Below the pieces are notes generated by a model that did no database searches, was not told the origin of the DNA, and saw only the letters and a list, made by a program, of their open reading frames with translations. 64,000 bases of DNA from Thermoplasmata archaeon (GTDB lineage: Archaea; Thermoplasmatota; Thermoplasmata; Thermoplasmatales; ARK-15): the NCBI GenBank assembly GCA_039794005.1, contig JBAMMA010000017.1:114490-178489 (forward strand), read 5' to 3'. Below, piece by piece: positions 39,839 through 50,159 of the stretch (positions are counted from its first letter, which is position 1; every line of letters begins with the position of its first letter). Made by a program: the position numbers and the translations under genes.

Positions 39839-40845
39839 CTTTTATATATCAATTTAAGGGAATTAGATATAATGAAAAATTAAACCCCCTGGATGATCTA
39901 ATAATTCCTCCCTTTGATGAAATCAATGAAGAACAAAAAGAAAGATATAAAAAAATAAAATTTAACTTTGTACATTTTACTCTTCCAGATAGTTATGAAT
40001 ATCCAAAAATTTTGGCAGACAGATTTTTAAAAGATGGGATATTTAAAATTGATGATGATTCTTATTATCTAATGGAAATCAAATATGAAAATAAAATTTT
40101 AAAAGGCATTGTTGCTGCTGTCGATCTGAATGGAAAAATATTTCCTCATGAAAAGACCTTCGATTTTCCAGTTAAAGATAGATACAATCTACTTCAAAAT
40201 TCTGGATATGATTTTGAGTATGTATTCTTTCTAACAAAAAAAGATTTAATATACGACGATGAAAAATTGCTTTCTTTTGGAACAATGGATAATAAAATTT
40301 ATAATTTATATAAAATAAATTTAAAGAATAATGATATGGGTGATTTGGTTATAGCTGATGGCCACCATAGATTCCGGGCGGCCCTCCATTTCCACTCGAA
40401 CTTTAATGGATATGATAAAATTTTAGGATTTATTATTAATGTTTTTGATAATAATTTAATACTTAAAAATGCTAATAAAATGGTCCATGATAAATTAATA
40501 GATTTTGATAAAATAAGAGAATATTTTGATTTATCAGATCATGGTCTTAAATTTATTTATAAAGATAATATTTATTATATAATTCCTAAGGATAATGATT
40601 TGTACAAAATGCCTCAAATCTTCTGGTTTAATGAAATTTTAAAATTATTGAATATTGATTATAATATAAATAATGTAATTACTTATTTTGATAATTCCTG
40701 TAAAAAAGATATGGCCTGCTTTTTTCCCATCCCTCCCAAACCTCAAGAGGTTTTTGATCTGGCCGTTAACAATATAATATTTCCACAAAAATCTACATAC
40801 TTTTTACCAAAACCTGCTTCAGGATTGGTTTTTATGAAAAAATGA
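39835..40845 (+). CDS. DUF1015 family protein (ParB/Srx-like core)
   Basis: FKGIRY, PPFDEI, IFPHEKT, IADGHHR, FPQKSTYFLPKPASGLV. Confidence 0.85.
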   Translation: MTFIYQFKGIRYNEKLNPLDDLIIPPFDEINEEQKERYKKIKFNFVHFTLPDSYEYPKILADRFLKDGIFKIDDDSYYLMEIKYENKILKGIVAAVDLNGKIFPHEKTFDFPVKDRYNLLQNSGYDFEYVFFLTKKDLIYDDEKLLSFGTMDNKIYNLYKINLKNNDMGDLVIADGHHRFRAALHFHSNFNGYDKILGFIINVFDNNLILKNANKMVHDKLIDFDKIREYFDLSDHGLKFIYKDNIYYIIPKDNDLYKMPQIFWFNEILKLLNIDYNINNVITYFDNSCKKDMACFFPIPPKPQEVFDLAVNNIIFPQKSTYFLPKPASGLVFMKK

Positions 40846-41097
40846 TTATAAATATTTTTTTGAAATCTTCTTATCTTTTAATTCAAATATAAACCATGTT
40901 GAATCACCAATATCTATTTCTTCAGTTACAAATGCTTCATTTTTATCAAATAAAAATTTTTTATCTTTTTTGATTTTTTTCCATATGGGTTCAGTTATTT
41001 TTATTCCTATACCAAATTTAATAGGTTCTTCAGACATTATACAGTAATTTTTTTCCGCCTTATCATTATCTATTTCTATCAGCACCATAATATTCAC
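40846..41097 (-). CDS. Hypothetical protein
   Basis: 83-aa ORF coupled to the gcvT stop. Confidence 0.55.
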   Translation of the reverse strand: MNIMVLIEIDNDKAEKNYCIMSEEPIKFGIGIKITEPIWKKIKKDKKFLFDKNEAFVTEEIDIGDSTWFIFELKDKKISKKYL

Positions 41098-42200
41098 CTT
41101 AATATCTTTGGTTTACTTACATTTGCCTTTAATAATTTATCTCTTATCTGTATATCTACTATATCACCCAATTTAATATTTTTATCCAGATAACCTAATC
41201 CTATACCCTTCTTTAATATTGGAGACATTGTACCTGAGGTAATATATCCAACTTCATTTCCATCTTTAAATATTTTATATCCATGTCTTGGGATACCATT
41301 ATCTATCATTATGAATCCTCTGAATATCTGTTTATAATTTTCTTTAATTTTTAGTAATGCCTCTTTACCTATAAAATCATGATCCCAATCAATAATCCAT
41401 GATATAGATGCTTCTATGGGACTTTTATCCATATGGAAATCCTGACCCGATAATAACATGCCCTTTTCCATCCTTAAAGTATCTCTTGCGCCTAGACCGG
41501 CTGGTTTTAAATTAAATTCTTTTCCTTCATTTATTAACATATCCCATATTTCCTCTGCATATTCATTTGGGAATATTAATTCATATCCATTTTCACCTGT
41601 ATATCCTGTTCTTGAAATCATTATCTTATTATATGGAAAGAAATCATCCTCTCTGGTCTCTAAATTCTTTATAGATATAAAATCAAAATAAAAACTATTC
41701 ATATTATCATAATTATAATTTGTTAACTTTTTCATTACATCAACGGATTTTGGACCTTGTACCGCTATACTAGCATATAATAGTGTTCTATCTATAATAT
41801 TTATATCATATCCATTTGATTTGCTTAATATCCAATTATATATCATATCTGCTGTAGATGCATTGGGAATTAAAAGGGCCTTATTTTTATTGATTTTGTA
41901 AACTATAGTATCATCCAGCATAATTCCATTTTCGTTTAAATATGCTGAATATTTTGCCTGTTTTTCTACCATGTTAGAAAATTTTGTTGGTAATAAATAA
42001 TCCAAAAATATTTCAGTATCTTTTCCTTCAATTATTATATCTCCCATATGAGAAACATCAAATATACTTACATTTGTTCTAGTATTAATATGCTCATCTA
42101 TAATACCTGTATATTCTAAAGGCATTTCAAAACCAGCAAATTCTGTCATTCTTGCCTTCAATTCGATATGCTTGTTATACAATGGAGTTCTTTTCGGCAT
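41094..42200 (-). CDS. gcvT: Glycine cleavage system aminomethyltransferase T
   Basis: KRTPLY, FAGFEMP, FDVSHMG, SRTGYTGENGYE, GLGARDTLRME. Confidence 0.96.
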   Translation of the reverse strand: MPKRTPLYNKHIELKARMTEFAGFEMPLEYTGIIDEHINTRTNVSIFDVSHMGDIIIEGKDTEIFLDYLLPTKFSNMVEKQAKYSAYLNENGIMLDDTIVYKINKNKALLIPNASTADMIYNWILSKSNGYDINIIDRTLLYASIAVQGPKSVDVMKKLTNYNYDNMNSFYFDFISIKNLETREDDFFPYNKIMISRTGYTGENGYELIFPNEYAEEIWDMLINEGKEFNLKPAGLGARDTLRMEKGMLLSGQDFHMDKSPIEASISWIIDWDHDFIGKEALLKIKENYKQIFRGFIMIDNGIPRHGYKIFKDGNEVGYITSGTMSPILKKGIGLGYLDKNIKLGDIVDIQIRDKLLKANVSKPKILR

Positions 42201-42264
42201 ATTTTCACCTAATATAATAAATGTTTATAACAATTTAAATTTTAATTATTTTTTCCAGTGGAAA

Positions 42265-42849
42265 TCAGGGGGTGAGGGATACAAAATATTCATGTATTTT
42301 AGAATTGTTAGATAATTCAGGATGAAATGTTAATGCCAAATGTTTACCATCTGTGATAATTACAGGATCTGTGTTGAAATAACCAAGAACATCTAGATTA
42401 TTTCCCACCCTTATAATTTTAGGTGCCCTAATAAAAATTGCATGAAAATTGTCATCTATATTTTTTATTTTTATATAGGCTTCAAATGAATTATACTGTC
42501 TTCCATAAGCATTTCTGGATACGTCAAAATCCATTAGGCCCATTCCGACAACCCTTGAATCATTCGTATTTTTTGAAATTAAAATAGCACCAGCACAGGT
42601 ACCCATTACCCTTAATCGATTTTTGCTTACCATTTCAACTATTTTATCATAAATGCCTTTTCTTTTTGAAATGTTATATAAGGTTGTTGATTCGCCACCA
42701 GGTATGATTATTCCAGAGAGTGTTTCAAGATCTTCCTTATTTCTGACTGAAATGACTTGACCATCAACATTCCTATTTTTCATCGCTATTTCAAGCATTC
42801 TAAAGTGTTCAGAAACATCCCCTTGAATATCTAAAACTCCATAATTCAT
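42265..42849 (-). CDS. pdxT: Pyridoxal 5'-phosphate synthase glutaminase subunit
   Basis: IQGDVSEH, IPGGESTT, GTCAGAI, RNAYGRQ, FIRAP, TFHPEL. Confidence 0.95.
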   Translation of the reverse strand: MNYGVLDIQGDVSEHFRMLEIAMKNRNVDGQVISVRNKEDLETLSGIIIPGGESTTLYNISKRKGIYDKIVEMVSKNRLRVMGTCAGAILISKNTNDSRVVGMGLMDFDVSRNAYGRQYNSFEAYIKIKNIDDNFHAIFIRAPKIIRVGNNLDVLGYFNTDPVIITDGKHLALTFHPELSNNSKIHEYFVSLTP

Positions 42850-42895
42850 ATTGGGATGTTAATATCAAAAAATATTTAAAAATTTTAGAAAAAAT

Positions 42896-43846
42896 TTATT
42901 CTTGAGGTTTTTCATCCATGTTAATATTTAAAAGCCTGGAAATTTCTTTGTATCTGTTTCTAATGGTCACTTCTGTAACTCCAGCAACATCCGCAATTTC
43001 TTTCTGAGTTCTTACCTGGTTTTTAAGGGTAGATGCAATATATATTGCAGCGGCTGCAACGCCTGTAGGCCCTTTTCCAGAAACTATTCCCAATTCAGAT
43101 GATTTTCTTATTATGTCCTCAGCTAATTCTTGAACGCTTTTATCTAGATTTAACTTTGCGCAGAACTGTGGTAAATAAGATACTGGATTTGTCGGTTTTA
43201 AAGACAATTTCAATTCCTTTGTCAAATGTCTATATGATCTGCCAATCTTCTTCTTGCTCAATTCAGCAGCCTTTGCAATTTCATCCAATGTTCTTGGCAT
43301 ATTCACTTTCCTGCATGCAGCATAGATGCTGGCTGCAACAATGCTTTCAATACTTCTTCCCCTTATTAGATTGTTTTCTACAGCTTTTCTATATATTATT
43401 GCCGCATTTTCTTTAATATCTTTTGGAAGGCCCATCTTTGTTGCTATGGTATTCAATTCCTGCAATGCTATCGATAAATTTCTTTCTGCAGAATTGCTCA
43501 CCCTAATCCTTTGGTGCCATTTCCTTACCCTATACATTTGTGCCCTATTCCTATGGGGAATCCTTTTTCCATAGGAATCTTTGTTTGACCATGAAATTTC
43601 CGTAGCCAGACCCTTGTCATGACTTAAGTAATTCGTTGGAGCACCAGTCCTTGCCCTTTTCTCTTCCTGTTCACTATCAAAAGCTCTCCATTCTGGTCCT
43701 TGATCTATATATGTGTCATCTAAAACGTGGCCACAATCTTTGCATATTAGTTCGCCACGCTCATAATCATATATAAAATGTGTTGAACCACATTTTGGAC
43801 AAACATGCTTCTGGCCCTCTTCAAAATTATCGGTCATCGGAACCAC
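42896..43846 (-). CDS. tfb: Transcription initiation factor IIB
   Basis: Zn ribbon CPKCG..CKDCG, GPEWRAF, two cyclin repeats, VTEVTIRNRYKE. Confidence 0.97.
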   Translation of the reverse strand: MVPMTDNFEEGQKHVCPKCGSTHFIYDYERGELICKDCGHVLDDTYIDQGPEWRAFDSEQEEKRARTGAPTNYLSHDKGLATEISWSNKDSYGKRIPHRNRAQMYRVRKWHQRIRVSNSAERNLSIALQELNTIATKMGLPKDIKENAAIIYRKAVENNLIRGRSIESIVAASIYAACRKVNMPRTLDEIAKAAELSKKKIGRSYRHLTKELKLSLKPTNPVSYLPQFCAKLNLDKSVQELAEDIIRKSSELGIVSGKGPTGVAAAAIYIASTLKNQVRTQKEIADVAGVTEVTIRNRYKEISRLLNINMDEKPQE

Positions 43847-43906
43847 CAGTATCGGAAAATTTAATAAAAGGAAAAAAGATATAAAGTTTTTCCAGATAGA
43901 AACATT

Positions 43907-45157
43907 TTAATACATCTTCAGAAAATCTTCCCTTTTTCCTTTTATTGTTGCGTCAAATCCTATTTTTGTTGTAATGTCATTTTCATATCTTGAAGGATCA
44001 AGTGAACTTCCCTTTTCTCTTTTAATTATCATATCTCTATCTCCCTGGAATCTTGTAGCAAGGGACCATTCAACATCTTCCATATTGTTTATGTCTATAT
44101 CCTCATCTACTATTATAACATGTTTTAAGCTCTTGTGCCCCTCGAAAGCACCTTCTATTGCCTTTTTTCCATCTTCTTCATGTTCCTTCTTTATTTTAAC
44201 TATTGCATGAAGCCATGAAGATCCTCCGTATGTTAATTTTACATCTAATACATTCACACCCTTCTCTTTTACTGATTTATATATCGTTGGTTCCCTTGGC
44301 ATCCCCATAAGGTTATAGTGTTCATAATATCCGGATAATAATACATGGAATACAGAATCCTCTTTATAATGCATTTTCTCAAAATAAACAATAGGCTGAT
44401 CGTATTTTATGTCATAAGTTCTTGTAATGTCAAGAAATGGCCCTTCAACAGGATATGTATCCAATGTTATCTTTGCCTCAAATATATATTCACTTTCAAG
44501 AGGTGCATAAATATTATTTGATAACTTTATCATTTTTTCTCTCTCATTCATTGTTATATATCTAAGAGATGATGCTATTTTTGATTCATCAATGTTATAA
44601 TCAACCGATGTCGCTGCGGCCAGAAGGAATGTGGGGAAGGCTCCAACAACAATATTTATTTTTAATTCTTCACCGTTAGATTTTGCATCATTGTACATTT
44701 TAAAAAGATCTCTTGGAACCAATCTTATTGCAGCCCTTTTTTCATCAATTACCATCATCCTATGAAATGATACATTCCTCTTGTTTTTATATTCTGAAAA
44801 TACGATTGCAGATGTTAAATAATTTGAACCTTCCTTTTCAAAGTATTTTGGTATCGGTAATTCCCTTAAATTTACATCTTTTGTGGTTTTATATGGAAAT
44901 GAATCAACAACATCATAATCCATTGGATTATCTATTGCATATAACATGCTTTTTAGAATATCCGAATTATTCAACACTTTTGATATATTTTTTCTATCTG
45001 CCCATATATTTCCGGCAGCCATATATCCATCAATATTTTCAAAGAAGACGGGTTGGAAAGGATATTTTAAAAGATATTTTGTAACCTCCAAATTTTTGCT
45101 TACCTTTTCTTTAACATATATGGTATTTTCAAATCTTTTTATTAATTTATAATACAT
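43907..45157 (-). CDS. UbiD family prFMN-dependent decarboxylase
   Basis: RNVSFHR, EGPFLDITRTY, HAIVKI, KHVIIVDEDID, VEWSLATRFQ. Confidence 0.9.
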   Translation of the reverse strand: MYYKLIKRFENTIYVKEKVSKNLEVTKYLLKYPFQPVFFENIDGYMAAGNIWADRKNISKVLNNSDILKSMLYAIDNPMDYDVVDSFPYKTTKDVNLRELPIPKYFEKEGSNYLTSAIVFSEYKNKRNVSFHRMMVIDEKRAAIRLVPRDLFKMYNDAKSNGEELKINIVVGAFPTFLLAAATSVDYNIDESKIASSLRYITMNEREKMIKLSNNIYAPLESEYIFEAKITLDTYPVEGPFLDITRTYDIKYDQPIVYFEKMHYKEDSVFHVLLSGYYEHYNLMGMPREPTIYKSVKEKGVNVLDVKLTYGGSSWLHAIVKIKKEHEEDGKKAIEGAFEGHKSLKHVIIVDEDIDINNMEDVEWSLATRFQGDRDMIIKREKGSSLDPSRYENDITTKIGFDATIKGKREDFLKMY

Positions 45158-45188
45158 ATTTTACAATATAACAATAAATTTAATATTT

Positions 45189-46049
45189 TTATTCCTCGAA
45201 ATTAATATCGATTTGATCATATCCTTTTTTATACAATTCCTTTCTATGTGCTTCAAGCATTAAATTATCTTCATTGTTCATTTCTGCATATGTGAAAACA
45301 TTGCCATTTTTAAAAATTTCATATAGTATCTCTCTATATTTTAAATCCCTCAAAAGATGATGGTCAATTACCACCTTCCCTATTTCATTTGAAATTATTT
45401 TTAAATTTTCGATAGATCTATCTAAATCCCTTCTTGAGAATTTATATCCAAGAAAGTATGTTGGTGGGCCATCAATCACAACAACATCTGGGTTTTCTCT
45501 CAAAATAAAATCTCTTACATTCTCAACTATGGGTCCCTCTACATCTGAAGTGTACAAAATTTTCTCATCACTTTCTATAACAACAGAAACTACGTAACCA
45601 AGTTTTGAATCCTCATTTCCATGGTGAAATGGTTCTGAAAAAAATATTTTCGTATTTTTAAATTCATATTCTTTAGAATCTGCAATTGAATAATCTGATA
45701 TTTTTGTAAGAAAATATTCAGCCCTTAACCTTTGGCTTCTATTTATTTTATTATTTGGATCCTTTAATATGATTTTTTTATCTTTATAAAAATCATCATC
45801 TGGATCGTAATGATCATAATGGTAATGTGTAATTATTATAACATCCGAATCTTTTGCAATTTTATTTATTTTCCTTTTACATTCCAATAATTTTTGATAT
45901 TCAATTTTTGTAGGCCTAAGGCCATATCTATAAGGACCTAAGGATGCAGATGGATCGATGATAATCTTTACATCACTCCTTATAAAAACACTCATAGATC
46001 TTACTCCCATAGAATCTGAACATAGATATTCTATTTCCATTTTTATCAA
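45189..46049 (-). CDS. Metallo-beta-lactamase fold hydrolase (UPF0282-like)
   Basis: DSMGVRSM, ITHYHYDH, TSDVEGP, DGPPTY, DHHLLRD. Confidence 0.88.
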   Translation of the reverse strand: MIKMEIEYLCSDSMGVRSMSVFIRSDVKIIIDPSASLGPYRYGLRPTKIEYQKLLECKRKINKIAKDSDVIIITHYHYDHYDPDDDFYKDKKIILKDPNNKINRSQRLRAEYFLTKISDYSIADSKEYEFKNTKIFFSEPFHHGNEDSKLGYVVSVVIESDEKILYTSDVEGPIVENVRDFILRENPDVVVIDGPPTYFLGYKFSRRDLDRSIENLKIISNEIGKVVIDHHLLRDLKYREILYEIFKNGNVFTYAEMNNEDNLMLEAHRKELYKKGYDQIDINFEE

Positions 46050-46161
46050 AAAAATATCAGAAATTAATTTATTATTTTTATTTATTTTTAAAGAGAATAA
46101 TTAATAAAAATGTCAAATTAGCAAAAAATTTTAAATATATAATTTAATATAAAAAAACTTG

Positions 46162-46896
46162 ATGCGATTGTTAATAAATTTAACATCCGATAAACATGTT
46201 CCAAAAGAATATTTTAACAAATATTATTTTCAGAGTTCTATATATTTTAATTTGATAAATACAAATTTTGAAAATCTCCATAATAAGAAGGGATTTAAAT
46301 TTTTCACTTTTAGCGATTTTTTTCCCTCTGGCGATCTTGAACCAAATAAGATAAAGAGTGTAATCATATCTTCACCGAATAAAGATTTCATCAAAACATT
46401 GTTCGATAAGATGAATGATAATGGATTAATATATTTGTCTGAGAAAAAACTGAATATTTCATCTCTAAAAGTTTATGAGATTAAAAATGTGCCAAAGATT
46501 TTCGAGACAGGAAGTCCAATAGTTTTACAGGTGGAGAAAAAATATAACAAATATTTTTCCTTTAAAAATAATAATAGCATTTCATGTTTCTTAAGGCGTT
46601 TAAAAGAAAATGCAATTAAAAAATATACCACATATTATAACATTGAAGAATTTAATTTTGAAGAATTTATATTTGATGAATTAATGTTTAAAAGAGAGGT
46701 TGTTGTAAATTTAAAAAAGAATGGAAAAAATTTCTTAATGATAGGATCTACATGGTATTATTTAAAAAAGATTCGCATATCTAATGATCTGTTGAATTTT
46801 TATAGATTTATAATGGAAGCTGGTTTAGGCGAAAAGAATAGTTTGGGTTTCGGTTTTATAAATCCAAAGAAAATTAAGGATAAAAGAATCAAATAA
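46162..46896 (+). CDS. cas6: CRISPR-associated endoribonuclease Cas6 (stand-alone)
   Basis: FKFFTFS; C-terminal G-rich loop GLGEKNSLGFG. Confidence 0.88.
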   Translation: MRLLINLTSDKHVPKEYFNKYYFQSSIYFNLINTNFENLHNKKGFKFFTFSDFFPSGDLEPNKIKSVIISSPNKDFIKTLFDKMNDNGLIYLSEKKLNISSLKVYEIKNVPKIFETGSPIVLQVEKKYNKYFSFKNNNSISCFLRRLKENAIKKYTTYYNIEEFNFEEFIFDELMFKREVVVNLKKNGKNFLMIGSTWYYLKKIRISNDLLNFYRFIMEAGLGEKNSLGFGFINPKKIKDKRIK

Positions 46897-46938
46897 TTTT
46901 ATAATAAAATTGAAAATGAATAAAAAATAAAAATCATT

Positions 46939-48222
46939 GTGAATATTATAAATGATATGAGAAAAAAAATGGTCGGCTTTAAAGAAGACGTTAAAATTGA
47001 AGATATGCTGGAAGAATTCAGAAAATATATAGGAAAATCTGATAGGTATGAAACGATCGATGTTTTAGAATCTTTAAACAGATTTTCATTTTCGGATATA
47101 TATTCTAATAATAATATACCAGAATATGATAGGGCTGTTGTGGATGGATTTGCCGTAAATTTCAACGATGTTCTCGGGGCATCAATAAACAATCCTGTAA
47201 GATTAAAAGTTTCCAATACAATATATCCAAATGATAAAAATGAATACATTTTGGAAAATGGACATGCCTATAGGATATTCACCGGAGCTAAGATACCCAA
47301 AAATGCAGATTGTGTTATAATGGTTGAAGATTGTATTGATTATGGAGATGAAGTGGATGTGCAAAAATCATGCTTTAATTATCAAAATATTTCTAGAAAA
47401 GGTGAAGATCTATCAGTAGGCCAAAAGATAATTTCGGCTGGAACAAAGATCACACCTTACCACATAGCATCATTAATATCTGCGAATTTCGAAAAAATAG
47501 ATGTTTTCAAAAGAATAAGGGTAGGAATTATAAATACTGGGGATGAGTTGTTTGATAAAGATTTTAAAAATACCACTGGAATGATGCTCTATTCTTTATC
47601 CAAACATTATGATATGGAACCAAAGTTATACATGTCTCGTGACAACGAGGAGGAATTAAAAAGAAAATTGATTGAATCCTTGTCTGAAAATGATATAGTA
47701 TTTACAACTGGCGGCTCTAGTGTAGGAGAGAAGGATATCGTTCCTGAAGTAATCAATTCAATGAACCCGGAAATTTTTATGCATGGTGTTTCAATGAGAC
47801 CTGCAAGATCCACAGGTTTTTCAATCATAAATAAAAAACCAGTGATATTACTATCGGGTTTTCCAGTTGCATCTTTCATATCTTTTTCTCTTTTCATAAA
47901 TGAATTTATGAAAAAATTTTATGGATCATTACCTATGAGGTCTCCGATAATAAAGGGAAAGATTACTAGGAGATTTACGAACAACCCAGGAATTAGGAGT
48001 TTTGTCAGAGTGAAAGTATATAAAGATGGAAATCAAATATTTGTAGAACCTCTTAGATTGACAGGTTCTGGAATTCTATCTACATTGACAGAGGCCAACG
48101 GAATACTGGTTTTAGAAGAACATGTGGAAGGATATGATGAAGGTGATGAAGTAACAGTCTTTTTGACACAACCAGTAGGAGATGAAAATAGTTTTATCTT
48201 TCCATATATTCAGTTCATGTGA
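46939..48222 (+). CDS. moeA: Molybdopterin molybdo/tungstotransferase
   Basis: DRAVVDGFA, IFTGAKIP, TGDEL, TTGGSSVG, LSGFP. Confidence 0.92.
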   Translation: MNIINDMRKKMVGFKEDVKIEDMLEEFRKYIGKSDRYETIDVLESLNRFSFSDIYSNNNIPEYDRAVVDGFAVNFNDVLGASINNPVRLKVSNTIYPNDKNEYILENGHAYRIFTGAKIPKNADCVIMVEDCIDYGDEVDVQKSCFNYQNISRKGEDLSVGQKIISAGTKITPYHIASLISANFEKIDVFKRIRVGIINTGDELFDKDFKNTTGMMLYSLSKHYDMEPKLYMSRDNEEELKRKLIESLSENDIVFTTGGSSVGEKDIVPEVINSMNPEIFMHGVSMRPARSTGFSIINKKPVILLSGFPVASFISFSLFINEFMKKFYGSLPMRSPIIKGKITRRFTNNPGIRSFVRVKVYKDGNQIFVEPLRLTGSGILSTLTEANGILVLEEHVEGYDEGDEVTVFLTQPVGDENSFIFPYIQFM

Positions 48223-50159
48223 TAAAAATGAAAATTTATCATAATCTAATAACATTAGAAGATGCAAAAATCATATTAAGAAATCTTTTGGATAAAATAA
48301 AATTGGATGTTGAAGAAATAGATTTAAAAAATTCTTATGGAAGAATTTTAGCTGAAGAAATATCCTCAAAGATAGATTCCCCTCCATTTGATAGGTCTGA
48401 GGTTGATGGTTATGCAGTAAACCATTTATCTTTAATAGGCGCTGAGGAAGATAATCCAGTAAAATTGAAGGTAAAATTTTCAATAAACCCTGGAGAATAT
48501 GTAAATGAACATATAAATTTAAATGAAGCTGCTGAAATATCAACAGGTTCAATGATTCCAAAAGGTGCGAATGCTGTTGTTATGGAGGAATATACTAAAA
48601 GGGTAGGAGAATATGTAGAAATATATAGATCTGTATCTCCTGGAGAAAACATTGCATTCACTGGAAGCGATGTTTTAATAGGCGATATAACGCTTTCTAA
48701 AATGACCAAGCTAGATAGCGCTAAGATAGCACTCATAGCATCTCTTGGTTATTCAAAAATTAAGGTGTATAGAAAAATAAGGGCTGGAATATTATCCACA
48801 GGCAATGAAATTTTACCACCAGGGGAAGAACTGAAACCAGGAAAATTATATGATTCAAATTCCTATTCAATTACTTCATATTTAAATATGCTCGATATTG
48901 ATTGGAAATTCTATGGAATAGCAAGAGATGATGAAAATGATATAAAGGAAAAAATATTTAAAGCATTAGAAGAACAGGATATTGTTTTTACGTCTGGAAG
49001 CACATCAGCCGGAAAGGGAGATATCATTTATAAAATAATTGAAGAAAATGGAAAACTTTTATTTCACGGACTTTTAATAAAACCAGGTAAACCCACGCTC
49101 CTCGGTATAATGAATGATAAAATTGTTATTGGACTCCCTGGATTTCCATTCTCATCTTTATCTGTTCTTGAATTTTTAATTAAACCGGTTTTCATGGATT
49201 ATTTAAAAATTCCGAATAAACAGATAAAATTAAATGCTAAAAGTATGATAAAAATAAAATCATCCAAAAATGTAGATGAATTTATACCAGTAGGAATAAT
49301 TAAAAGAATGGGCGAATACTATTTCTATCCCGTGAATTCACAGTCAGGATCAATAACATCAATGATATTTTCAGACGGCATAGCCATTATACCAATGAAT
49401 AAAAATTATATTGAAGAAAATGAAAATGTAGAAATAAGTTTAATAAACAATGAGTTTGAAAATTACGATATAATAGGGATAGGAAGTCATTGCCCTTTAT
49501 TAGATGATATATTAATAGACTATAAGAGGGCAAAATATATAAGAACAGGATCGACTGCAGGGTGGGTCTCAATTGAAAAAAATATAGCTGAATTTGCCGG
49601 GACCCATTTGTTGGATGAAAATACCTTGGAATACAACATACCTTTTATTGAAAAGTACAGGCTAAAAGATAAAGCCAAAATAGTAAGGGGATATGGAAGA
49701 ATGCAGGGGTTTGTTGTTAAAAAAGGAAACCCAAAAGATATAAAGGGCTTTGAAGATTTATTGAGAGAAGATGTTGTTATTGTAAACAGGGTTAAAGGTT
49801 CAGGTACTAGGACACTCTTAGATATAAATCTTAAAAAGATCGCAGAAAAGGAAAATGTAGATTTTAAAGAATTGATACAGGATATAAAGGGTTACTATTT
49901 TGAAGGAAAAACTCATTCCTCTGTTGCTGCTGCAGTTTCACAGGGAAGGGCAGATGTTGGCCTTACTATAGAATATTATGCATATTTATACAATCTGGAT
50001 TTTATACCAATTCAGTCTGAAATATTTGATCTCCTGGTCTCAAACCAAAGTGAAAAAATAGACGAATTTATAGAATATTTCATAAATGCCGTAAAGGAAA
50101 AGTATAGTAAATACAAAGGTTATAAATTATTGGAGGATACGGGTAAAATATATTATTAA
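48219..50159 (+). CDS. moeA: MoeA fused to a periplasmic-binding-protein-like domain
   Basis: PPFDRSEVDGYA, STGNE, KPGKPT, GLPGFP; C-terminal GSHC, GSTAG, NRVKGSGTR, THSSVA. Confidence 0.92.
   Translation: MIKMKIYHNLITLEDAKIILRNLLDKIKLDVEEIDLKNSYGRILAEEISSKIDSPPFDRSEVDGYAVNHLSLIGAEEDNPVKLKVKFSINPGEYVNEHINLNEAAEISTGSMIPKGANAVVMEEYTKRVGEYVEIYRSVSPGENIAFTGSDVLIGDITLSKMTKLDSAKIALIASLGYSKIKVYRKIRAGILSTGNEILPPGEELKPGKLYDSNSYSITSYLNMLDIDWKFYGIARDDENDIKEKIFKALEEQDIVFTSGSTSAGKGDIIYKIIEENGKLLFHGLLIKPGKPTLLGIMNDKIVIGLPGFPFSSLSVLEFLIKPVFMDYLKIPNKQIKLNAKSMIKIKSSKNVDEFIPVGIIKRMGEYYFYPVNSQSGSITSMIFSDGIAIIPMNKNYIEENENVEISLINNEFENYDIIGIGSHCPLLDDILIDYKRAKYIRTGSTAGWVSIEKNIAEFAGTHLLDENTLEYNIPFIEKYRLKDKAKIVRGYGRMQGFVVKKGNPKDIKGFEDLLREDVVIVNRVKGSGTRTLLDINLKKIAEKENVDFKELIQDIKGYYFEGKTHSSVAAAVSQGRADVGLTIEYYAYLYNLDFIPIQSEIFDLLVSNQSEKIDEFIEYFINAVKEKYSKYKGYKLLEDTGKIYY

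Noticed and set aside
46939-50159. Tandem moeA genes with a PBP fusion as a novelty
   Set aside because: This pair is a common arrangement in archaea.
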